A DNA stretch of 30,599 nucleotides from assembly GCA_040004655.1 (NCBI GenBank), contig JBDUAM010000021.1, positions 1-30,599 of the forward strand, given 5' to 3'. The position numbers and the translations under genes were made by a program. The notes below the pieces were generated by a model. The model did no database searches. It saw only the letters and a program-made list of their open reading frames with translations, and was not told the DNA's origin. The DNA is from Chthonomonadales bacterium (GTDB lineage Bacteria; Armatimonadota; Chthonomonadetes; Chthonomonadales; CAJBBX01). The stretch's first letter is position 1. Each line of letters opens with the position of its first letter. Positions 9,522-16,895 of this stretch are shown here, one piece after another.

Positions 9522-9546
9522 CCAGCTTGACCAAGAGGGCATCAAC

Positions 9547-9780
9547 TTGAGCAATTCAGCTTCGAGAATAACAATTAATCCTGATATCTGCTACGGCAAA
9601 CCGACTGTTCGAGGCTTGCGCTACCCGGTCGAGATGCTACCCGAGTTAGTGAGCTCAGGTATGAGCACGGAGGATATCCTCGCAGTTTATGAAGATCTGG
9701 AACGTGAAGATATTCTGGCAGTATTGGCATTTGCAGCCCGGCTGTCGCATGTTAAGCGCCTGGAACCTCTGGCTGCATGA
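9547..9780 (+). CDS. DUF433 antitoxin (VapB45-like), copy 1
   Basis: 77 aa, RITINPDICYGKPTVRGLRYPV; TTG start aligned to copy 2 (13543); GAGGG RBS; 66/77 aa identical to copy 2. Confidence 0.85.
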   Translation: MSNSASRITINPDICYGKPTVRGLRYPVEMLPELVSSGMSTEDILAVYEDLEREDILAVLAFAARLSHVKRLEPLAA

Positions 9781-9917
9781 AATTATTGGTCGACGCACAG
9801 CTTCCTCAGCGTGTTGCGAACCTGTTTCGTATTGCCGGTTACGACGTTGTCCAAACCCTCGATTTGCGGGATGCCAACCGAACTACAAAAAACTGTAGGA
9901 ATAAAATATGCGGATAA
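9777..9917 (+). pseudogene. Truncated DUF5615 PIN-like toxin (VapC45-like), copy 1
   Basis: ATGA overlap with DUF433. MKLLVDAQLPQRVANLFRIAGYDVVQTLDLRDANRTT matches the first 37 aa of 13773-14126 (30/37), then an unrelated 9-aa tail and a stop at 9917. Confidence 0.9.
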
Positions 9918-11479
9918 AATTAATCAATGCACCTCTGGTTTCCACCGTATGTGATCGAACAACTGGTCATCAAATTCCTCTTGGCTTAATGATGCTTGGC
10001 GGGCCGCTTATCGACGCGGGTTACGATGTAGAGCTAATTGACGGCGCCGTTCACCACATGGGTGTTGAAGAGATTGTTAATGGTTGTCGCGGAGCGGACG
10101 TTGTTTTGATTTCGCATGTCGGGTCTACACAGGCTCATCCTTCCTGCATGAGTGTTCTTCGCGCAATTAAGAAGCAAATGCCCAGAGTTTTGACTGTTTA
10201 CGGCGGAGTACATCCCACATATCATTTTAAAGAAATCATGGCTCAGTCTTGCGAGGTCGACATCATCGTCCGCGGCGAAGGCGAAACTACTATTATTGAG
10301 CTGGCGGCTGCAATACGCCAGGGATTGCAAGCTGCAACGAGTGAAATTCCGATGCTCGATCTTGATTTATCAGCCGTTAAGGGAGTTGTCTGGCGCCGTT
10401 CGACAACGAACGATTCTTCCGACCGTAGCAAAATTGTTGTGAATCCAAACCGAGAATTGATCCCTGACATTGGCGTTAATCGAGTCGGGTGGGAATTGGT
10501 ATCCGATTGGAATGCCTATCAGGCTTTTGGCTGGGGTAAAGCGGCCGTCGTTCAGTTTTCACGCGGGTGCCCTCATACGTGTTCTTATTGCGGCCAGTGG
10601 ATGTTCTGGAAAAAGTGGAGATATCGAGACCCTGTAGCCTTTGTAGATGAGATAGAGTGGCTGCACCGCACTCACGGGATACGATTTTTCTGGATTGCGG
10701 ACGAAAACCCTACGACGGACAAAGCGCTCTGGAAACAGGCGCTTGAGGAGATAGGCAGAAGAAATCTGGATATTGGACTTTCTGCGTCTATTCGTACCCA
10801 GGACATTGTGCGCGATGCAGACATCCTGCCAATTTATAAGAGGGCTGGATTTGTATACATTCTCCTCGGCGTTGAAACGGTTACCGATGAGGTGATGGTA
10901 AGGATCCGAAAGAATTCCTCGGTGGATGATGCGTTTGAGGCGATAAGATTGTTGCGAGAAAATGATATTGTTTCCGTCGTGGATTACATGGTTGGTTTGG
11001 AAGATGAAACGTTGAGATCACTGTGGCGAAGCTGCAAGGGCTTGTTAAAATATGATGGGGACCTTCTCAATATACTTTACTTAACTCCCCACGCCTGGAC
11101 ACCCTTAGGAAATGCCACGAAAAGCGCTCCTGTTATGGAGCCGGACATGTGGAAGTGGGATTATCGGCATCAGGTTCTGTCAACGAAGACGCTATCGCCG
11201 ACAACCTTATTCTTGTGTGTGAAGGTGTTGGAGGCATTCTATCACGTCCATCCTCGTCGCTTGTCGAGAATACTATTTGCCCGAGATCGTGTGTTGCGCA
11301 CGCAGCTCCGGTGGACGCTGCTACACACTGTCGGTTGGTTCTGGTTTGAAATCTGGGAACTTTTCGTGGATCGGTTTGTAAAACAGAAATATCGCAATAT
11401 TCGGAGAGAATCCGGCGAAATTATGACGCGAGGCAGAGTACAGACTGCTGCCGCCGGGTCACAACCTCCGCCGGGTTAA
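9908..11479 (+). CDS. Cobalamin-binding radical SAM enzyme, BchE-like family (substrate unknown)
   Basis: N-terminal B12-binding-type domain (IPLGLMMLGG, GGVHPT, IIVRGEGE); CxxxCxxC motif RGCPHTCSYC; ADEN motif. Confidence 0.9.
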   Translation: MRIKLINAPLVSTVCDRTTGHQIPLGLMMLGGPLIDAGYDVELIDGAVHHMGVEEIVNGCRGADVVLISHVGSTQAHPSCMSVLRAIKKQMPRVLTVYGGVHPTYHFKEIMAQSCEVDIIVRGEGETTIIELAAAIRQGLQAATSEIPMLDLDLSAVKGVVWRRSTTNDSSDRSKIVVNPNRELIPDIGVNRVGWELVSDWNAYQAFGWGKAAVVQFSRGCPHTCSYCGQWMFWKKWRYRDPVAFVDEIEWLHRTHGIRFFWIADENPTTDKALWKQALEEIGRRNLDIGLSASIRTQDIVRDADILPIYKRAGFVYILLGVETVTDEVMVRIRKNSSVDDAFEAIRLLRENDIVSVVDYMVGLEDETLRSLWRSCKGLLKYDGDLLNILYLTPHAWTPLGNATKSAPVMEPDMWKWDYRHQVLSTKTLSPTTLFLCVKVLEAFYHVHPRRLSRILFARDRVLRTQLRWTLLHTVGWFWFEIWELFVDRFVKQKYRNIRRESGEIMTRGRVQTAAAGSQPPPG

Positions 11480-11686
11480 TACTATCCATTCTGGGGCAGC
11501 GCGACTCTGTGGTACAGGAGGGTTCGAGAATCAGAAGGTTAATTGCGAAAACAAAATTACGTTTGGGAAGTTCAGTAACGGCGGTCTAGCTGGCGCCCGC
11601 CTAAAGGACCGTCAATATGAGGCACAGCGTAACCGGCTAATTGATTGAAGCAACAAATGGCTAAAAGGTTTATTAGTCCAATTGTT

Positions 11687-12035
11687 TCAATTGTACGGTT
11701 TTCTGTATCCAAGCCATTTATACAAAAATCCGCGATGTCCGGGAATACGTCCGTCAAGATTTCGAGCTAGTTCCTTAACTCTTTGAGACAACGGACCAGT
11801 AGGATCGCCCATATCGTCTAAGGCAAAAAACAATATTCGCAAAATTAAAATTGGGATTGTTTGGTTTTGATTTGCCTGTCAACGTTCCCTTGAGATCCTG
11901 CAATACATGGACCATAACTTCCCGATTAGTCTCATCCCATCCATTCTCCACTTCACGAATGTCAAATTCTGAACTGAAATCCATTATCAAGCGGTCTATT
12001 TCTTTTAGTTCGGATGCAAATTCATGTCTTTTCAT
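11687..12035 (-). pseudogene. Frameshifted small acidic hypothetical protein (115 aa if restored)
   Basis: The ORF stops at 11775 as read. Removing one base from the A6 run at 11825-11830 gives ...NFANIVF-ALDDMGDPTGPLSQRVKELARNLDGRIPGHRGFLYKWLGYRKPYN*, with the stop at 11687-11689. Confidence 0.6.
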
Positions 12036-12096
12036 GTGTACCGTTTATCTTCCTCCACTGGATGGTGTTTCAACCCCAATACGCAATTTCCGACAA

Positions 12097-12528
12097 TTAG
12101 TCATAGTGTGTAACACATTCACGACTGTAACTGATCGGCAGTTTCTCATCCTCCACGAACTCTTCGTTCGGTTGAATTCCAGGTTGACAATCCGGAAATA
12201 GTGTTTCAAATAGTAGCAAGAAAAACGATCTATAATCCTGATCTAACTCGACCACCCTTTCACTACACTCCCACGCATTTTCCCAGAATTTATCGTTCCG
12301 TTCTTGATACTTATTCAAGAAGTAACGAAGAGTATTCTTCAATAGCGTTCTGGCACTGTCCGACCAACTCTCAACGACTGGAACAATTGCGTCTACGATG
12401 AGAAATTTCTGATCGGATATAATCTCCATGTCCAAATTGTAATACGGACTTGTTGTTGGATCATAATCCCAGTCGACAATTGCATATAAAGCCGGTTCAA
12501 TAATCCTCCTGTGTACACGGAGTTTCAT
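12097..12528 (-). CDS. Hypothetical acidic, aromatic-rich protein (143 aa)
   Basis: Strong AAGGAGG RBS; AT-rich ORF; no recognised domain. Confidence 0.75.
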   Translation of the reverse strand: MKLRVHRRIIEPALYAIVDWDYDPTTSPYYNLDMEIISDQKFLIVDAIVPVVESWSDSARTLLKNTLRYFLNKYQERNDKFWENAWECSERVVELDQDYRSFFLLLFETLFPDCQPGIQPNEEFVEDEKLPISYSRECVTHYD

Positions 12529-12593
12529 TGACTAAACCCTCCTTCCATCTGACTGCATAGGCTTTACGTTTTAGGGCATTTGGTTGAACCCGC

Positions 12594-13154
12594 TTAGTTC
12601 CCGAACACGTAGGATTCTGCCGCGGCAAACAACTCATTTGGTCCATACAATCCATAAGGCAAATGGCTGATATTTCCAAGTTCTCCGAACGCATAGCCAT
12701 TCCCTAGCTTAGCCAGAGCAGCTAAAAAATAGAGGAATGTGTTCCATGTCCAGTTGGCGGAACCCCGTTCATGCTCAACACTGAATTCGATTCCCCCACA
12801 GTTCTCCCAATTCGAAATGAGGGAATTGAATTCATTGTTCGCAAAATTGCCTTCAAATTGTTCTAGCAGGGATCGCAGAGGTTCTTCAACTTCCCCATAT
12901 ATCTCGGGGTTATCCACCTCAAACAGCATAAAGTTCACTAGACCCATGCCGTCGTAATTAATAACATATGTATTGTACAATTTTAAATCTGCGTTTGGCG
13001 AAACCTCTACCCCCCATGCCACCGATGATTCCATTGTCAAAAGTGATCGGTCACGCGCCATGTCCACAGGTAACGCACTTATGAACGCCTTGATTATTTC
13101 ACCTGGCCTGGGCAATTCGGTTTTAAGCCACATTACATCAATTGTGATAGGCAT
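12594..13154 (-). CDS. Hypothetical acidic protein (186 aa)
   Basis: Start reassigned to ATG 13154 (GGAGG RBS, MPITIDVMWLK...); AT-rich; no recognised domain. Confidence 0.72.
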   Translation of the reverse strand: MPITIDVMWLKTELPRPGEIIKAFISALPVDMARDRSLLTMESSVAWGVEVSPNADLKLYNTYVINYDGMGLVNFMLFEVDNPEIYGEVEEPLRSLLEQFEGNFANNEFNSLISNWENCGGIEFSVEHERGSANWTWNTFLYFLAALAKLGNGYAFGELGNISHLPYGLYGPNELFAAAESYVFGN

Positions 13155-13250
13155 ATGTTCCTCCGGTCTTTTCTCAACTGTTTTACCATCTTGAGTATTA
13201 TATGCTATGCGGCTCGGGCACCTTATTACCATTGCCGTGGGTGACAATCT

Positions 13251-13291
13251 GAAATAGAAAACCCCGTCGACTCTCTCGAATCGACGGGGTT
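13251..13291 (-). terminator. Intrinsic terminator after the duplicated ahcY tail
   Basis: Stem aaccccgtcgactc / gaatcgacggggtt with a 4-nt loop, followed on the minus strand by ttttctattt. Confidence 0.85.
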
Positions 13292-13311
13292 AATTTACGG
13301 CAGACTAACTC

Positions 13312-13405
13312 TTAATAACGATACGAATCAGGCTTGTACGGACCCTCAACCGGGACCAAGAGGTAGTCGGCCTGCATCGCGGTGAGCGTGGTCAGCTTGG
13401 CGCCG
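13312..13405 (-). pseudogene. ahcY: Duplicated 3' fragment of ahcY (last 30 codons plus stop)
   Basis: Encodes [30 protein letters not shown] versus [30 protein letters not shown] in the intact gene; 81/93 nt identical to 14189-14281. Confidence 0.95.
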
Positions 13406-13467
13406 GCGCTGGCACGAAGCGCCCGGCGCAGACAGCGAAACTCGAGTTGCGCGATGCATCGGTTCAT

Positions 13468-13498
13468 TTGCCAGGCAAATCTTACAATATGTTATAAT
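13468..13498 (+). promoter_or_regulatory. Sigma70-type promoter for TA copy 2
   Basis: Consensus extended -10 TG-T-TATAAT (13490-13498); TTGCCA at 13468-13473 (19-nt spacer, so the -35 role is doubtful). Confidence 0.6.
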
Positions 13499-13542
13499 CA
13501 ACCATACGTACTCGTACTTAGTTCTACTTAAGGAGTCTCCGC

Positions 13543-13776
13543 TTGAGCGGTTCAGCATCGAGAATTACGATCAACCCAGACATCTGCCACGGAAAACCGA
13601 CGGTGCGTGGTTTACGCTACCCGGTCGAGATGGTTCTCGGTCTGCTAAGCTCAGGCATGAGCACGGAGGATATCCTCGCAGATTATGAAGATCTTGAACG
13701 TGAAGATATTATGGCAGTACTGGCATTTGCTACGAGGCTGTCGCAGGTCAAACGGCTGGATCCTCTGGCTGCGTGA
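13543..13776 (+). CDS. DUF433 antitoxin (VapB45-like), copy 2
   Basis: 77 aa, RITINPDICHGKPTVRGLRYPVEMVLGLLSSGMSTEDILADYEDL; AAGGAG RBS; TTG start. Confidence 0.92.
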   Translation: MSGSASRITINPDICHGKPTVRGLRYPVEMVLGLLSSGMSTEDILADYEDLEREDIMAVLAFATRLSQVKRLDPLAA

Positions 13777-14126
13777 AATTCCTGGTTGACGCACAACTTC
13801 CTCGGCGCGTTGCCAACATATTTCGCATTGCCGGTCACGACGTCGTGCACACACTTGATTTGCCTGACCGTAACCGAACTACCGACGCCCAGATATTGGT
13901 AATTGCAGGTCGCGAAGATCGAATTGTTGTCACTAAGGATGCTGACTTTGTTAACTCTTACCTCCTGAACCGGCAACCTCGAAAATTACTGCTTATATCG
14001 ACAGGCAACATAAGCAACTCAGATTTGGAATCATTGTTAAAGCCTAACACATCCGCGATTGCCGAGGCATTCGACTCCGCAGGGATGATCGAGCTGACAC
14101 GAACCGCACTAATCATTCATTCCTAA
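13773..14126 (+). CDS. DUF5615 PIN-like toxin (VapC45-like), intact
   Basis: GTGA overlap with DUF433; MKFLVDAQLP and IVVTKDADF PIN-like acidic motifs. Confidence 0.92.
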   Translation: MKFLVDAQLPRRVANIFRIAGHDVVHTLDLPDRNRTTDAQILVIAGREDRIVVTKDADFVNSYLLNRQPRKLLLISTGNISNSDLESLLKPNTSAIAEAFDSAGMIELTRTALIIHS

Positions 14127-14129
14127 TAC

Positions 14130-14168
14130 AAAAAAATGCCCCGCGATTCCTCATAGGATTCGCGGGGC
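14130..14168 (-). terminator. Intrinsic terminator of ahcY (lies between convergent genes)
   Basis: Stem gccccgcgattcct / aggattcgcggggc (one mismatch) with an A7 tract at 14130-14136, read as a U-tract on the minus strand. Confidence 0.85.
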
Positions 14169-14188
14169 TGATTCTTCCTACTTAACCT

Positions 14189-15622
14189 CTAGTATCGATA
14201 CGAATCTGGCTTGTAAGGACCCTCTACCGGAACCCCGATGTAGTCGGCCTGCTTGGCGGTGAGCGTGGTCAGCTTGGCGCCGATCTTCTCGAGGTGCAGT
14301 CGCGCGACTTCCTCGTCCAGCTTCTTCGGGAGAACGTAGACGCCGACTTCGTAGCGGTCTCGGTTCTTCCAGAGGTCCAGTTGTGCCAGCGTCTGGTTGC
14401 TGAAGCTGTTTGACATCACGAAGCTCGGGTGGCCCGTTGCGCAACCGAGGTTGACCAGTCGACCTTCAGCCAGCATGAAGATGCAGTTGCCATTCGGGAA
14501 GGTGTACATATCGACCTGCGGCTTGATGTTGGTCCGCACGACGCCCGGGGCAGTGTTCAACTTGTCGACCTGGATCTCGTTATCAAAGTGACCAATGTTG
14601 CAGACAATCGCCTGATCCTTCATTTTGGACATGTGCTCGAAGGTGATGATGTCCACGTTTCCGGTGGTCGTTACGTAGAGGTCGGCGGTGCCGAGGGTCT
14701 CTTCGATGGTCGTCACCTGGTAGCCGGCCATGGCCGCCTGCAGGGCGTTGATCGGGTCGACTTCCGTCACGATGACGCGGGCGCCGTTGTTGCTGAGCGA
14801 CTGGGCGGAGCCCTTGCCGACGTCGCCATAACCGCAGACGACTGCAACTTTTCCACTTAGCATCACGTCGGTGGCGCGCTTGATACCGTCGACCAGCGAC
14901 TCGCGGCAGCCGTAAAGGTTGTCGAACTTGGACTTGGTCACCGAGTCATTCACGTTGATAGCGGGAACAAGTAGCTTGCCCTGCTCCTGCATCTTGTACA
15001 GTCGATGCACGCCCGTCGTGGTCTCCTCGGAGACGCCACGCCAATTGGCGACAACGTTGTTCCATCGTCGAGGATTGCTGGAGTAGACGCTCTTAAGCAG
15101 GTCCTTGATGACGGATTCTTCATGGCTTTCGCTTGCGCTGTTTACCCAGCTTGCGTCGCCATTCTCAAGGTCGTAACCCTTGTGGATGAGCAGGGTAGCG
15201 TCGCCACCGTCGTCCACGATCAATTCGGGTCCCTTGCCGCCTTCAAACGTGAGCGCCTGGTCAGTACACCACCAGTACTCTTCCAACGATTCGCCCTTCC
15301 ATGCAAAGACCGGAACGCCCGTTGCAGCGATGGCCGCGGCGGCATGGTCTTGCGTGGAGAAGATGTTGCAGCTGCACCATCGAACGTTAGCGCCGAGGTC
15401 GACGAGTGTTTCGATGAGTACGGCCGTCTGGATGGTCATGTGGAGCGACCCCATGATGCGAACTCCCAGCAGCGGCTTGGACTCAGCATATTTGCGGCGA
15501 ATAGACATGAGGCCCGGCATCTCAAATTCGGCGATTGAGATCTCTTTGCGGCCCCATTCGGCGAGGCTAATATCGGCGACCTTGTAAGGCAGGGTCGTGA
15601 TTTGTTCCAAAGTAGTTGACAT
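14189..15622 (-). CDS. ahcY: Adenosylhomocysteinase (SAH hydrolase)
   Basis: [54 protein letters not shown]-binding [26 protein letters not shown]; AGGAGG RBS. Confidence 0.99.
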   Translation of the reverse strand: MSTTLEQITTLPYKVADISLAEWGRKEISIAEFEMPGLMSIRRKYAESKPLLGVRIMGSLHMTIQTAVLIETLVDLGANVRWCSCNIFSTQDHAAAAIAATGVPVFAWKGESLEEYWWCTDQALTFEGGKGPELIVDDGGDATLLIHKGYDLENGDASWVNSASESHEESVIKDLLKSVYSSNPRRWNNVVANWRGVSEETTTGVHRLYKMQEQGKLLVPAINVNDSVTKSKFDNLYGCRESLVDGIKRATDVMLSGKVAVVCGYGDVGKGSAQSLSNNGARVIVTEVDPINALQAAMAGYQVTTIEETLGTADLYVTTTGNVDIITFEHMSKMKDQAIVCNIGHFDNEIQVDKLNTAPGVVRTNIKPQVDMYTFPNGNCIFMLAEGRLVNLGCATGHPSFVMSNSFSNQTLAQLDLWKNRDRYEVGVYVLPKKLDEEVARLHLEKIGAKLTTLTAKQADYIGVPVEGPYKPDSYRY

Positions 15623-15644
15623 TTAATTTGTCCTCCTGTTTGTC

Positions 15645-15706
15645 ATTTTACCATATTCAACAAAATATCAAGATATTTTGATAATTACTCTCAATTGGGC
15701 TATAAT
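15645..15706. promoter_or_regulatory. Overlapping divergent promoters with a palindromic operator between ahcY and sahR
   Basis: Plus strand: TTGATA(15678-15683)-N17-TATAAT(15701-15706). Minus strand: extended -10 TG-G-TAAAAT (15653-15645). Palindromes: caaaatatc-aa-gatattttg (15661-15680) and ATATCAA-N6-TTGATAA (15665-15684). Confidence 0.8.
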
Positions 15707-15712
15707 CGACTC

Positions 15713-16639
15713 ATGGAACTCCTCAAAACATTACGCGTCCTCGGCGACCCCGCGCGCGTGCGAATCCTTAGATTGCTCTCGCAAGAGGAGCTGAACGTCG
15801 CCGAGCTTCAGGAGATTCTGGGAGTTGGTCAGAGCACGCTCTCCATGCAGCTCAGTCAGTTGAAGCAGGCTGGATTGGTCGACCTTCGACGCTCCGGGCA
15901 GAAGAGTCTTTATCGGGCGCTCGCAGTGCCGACCCAGCAGACCATTCTCGACGAAGTGCTCGCCGCCGCCGAACTGGAGATTCCCGAAACAGCAGCCGAT
16001 GATGCCGCGCTCACTCTGGTGCTGAACCGACGCAAAGACCATCTTCGCGACTATTTTGATGAACTGGCTGGCCGATTCGGGCGCAACTATGTGCCAGGTC
16101 GAAGCTGGAAGGCGCTCTCCGAGATGCTGATGCGCCTGCTCCCGCCCCTTGACATTGCCGACCTCGGCGCCGGCGAAGGCACCCTCGCGCTTATGCTTTC
16201 CCAGACGGCTCGGCGAGTGATCGCAGTGGACAGTTCGGAGAAGATGGTCGAGTATGGCGGCAGCGTCGCAAAGCGCAACGCAATCGAGAACATCGAGTAT
16301 CGGCTTGGGGATATGGAGACCCTGCCAATGGCAAATGGCGAAGTCGACATGGCACTCTTCCATCAATCTCTGCACCACGCTCTCCACCCCCAAAAGGCGC
16401 TGGATGAGGCATTCCGCGTGTTGAAACCGGGGGGTAGAGTGCTGATTCTCGACCTTCTGAAACATGATGTCGAGGCAGCCCGCGAGCTTTACGCTGACGT
16501 CTGGCTCGGGTTCTCCCGCGTGGAGCTGCAAGATATGCTGGCGCAGGCTGGGTTTATTAATATTGATATTTCAGTAGTTGATCGAGCCGCGGAGTCGCCA
16601 CATTTTGAGTCGCTGATGGGGGTTGCTGGAAAGCCATGA
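15713..16639 (+). CDS. sahR: ArsR-family HTH plus SAM-methyltransferase-fold regulator (SahR/SamR type)
   Basis: N-terminal ArsR wHTH (LGDPARVRILRLL...ELNVAEL...LSMQLSQLKQAGLV); C-terminal class I MTase fold (IADLGAGEG, LKPGGRVLILD); divergent from ahcY. Start moved to ATG 15713. Confidence 0.88.
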   Translation: MELLKTLRVLGDPARVRILRLLSQEELNVAELQEILGVGQSTLSMQLSQLKQAGLVDLRRSGQKSLYRALAVPTQQTILDEVLAAAELEIPETAADDAALTLVLNRRKDHLRDYFDELAGRFGRNYVPGRSWKALSEMLMRLLPPLDIADLGAGEGTLALMLSQTARRVIAVDSSEKMVEYGGSVAKRNAIENIEYRLGDMETLPMANGEVDMALFHQSLHHALHPQKALDEAFRVLKPGGRVLILDLLKHDVEAARELYADVWLGFSRVELQDMLAQAGFINIDISVVDRAAESPHFESLMGVAGKP

Positions 16640-16895
16640 TATCATTCGAAGCAATTATCATTTTTTAAGCCGTATCTAACGCGAACCTATTTTCAAGATA
16701 TGCCATTTTGCGGATGCTATTGCCAACGAGTGCGACGTATTAAGACATACGCCTTCGGAATCTTCGTACGCAAACAGCCGGCGGTTTGGAATTAGTGGCG
16801 ATCAGGTCAATGGGAATCGTGACGGAGCCTTACGAAGGGCCTAATTCACATCAAGTATTAATAGTCGCATTGCGACAAAAGCACGAGGAGCTGTA

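Noticed and set aside
9421-9546. N-terminal extension of DUF433 copy 1 to 119 aa in the ORF track
   Set aside because: Alignment with copy 2, the RBS and the promoter position all point to TTG 9547.
9908-11479. Calling the radical SAM gene bchE (photosynthesis)
   Set aside because: No other bch or puf genes are in the window and the fold is shared by many non-BchE enzymes, so no symbol was given.
11572-11757. 61-aa ORF MTDVFPDIADF...
   Set aside because: It overlaps the restored frame of the 11687-12035 gene and has no independent RBS or motif.
15623-15700. SAH or SAM riboswitch upstream of ahcY
   Set aside because: The predicted leader is about 16 nt and AT-rich; a protein operator explains the region better.
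16550-16639. AT-richer codons at the sahR 3' end, suggesting tail replacement
   Set aside because: Short stretch, no duplicate tail found, and the protein end looks normal for the family.
16689-16710. Partial match (tcaagatat) to the SahR-like operator upstream of the Met-rich gene
   Set aside because: Only a half-site, no symmetric partner, and about 190 nt from the start codon.
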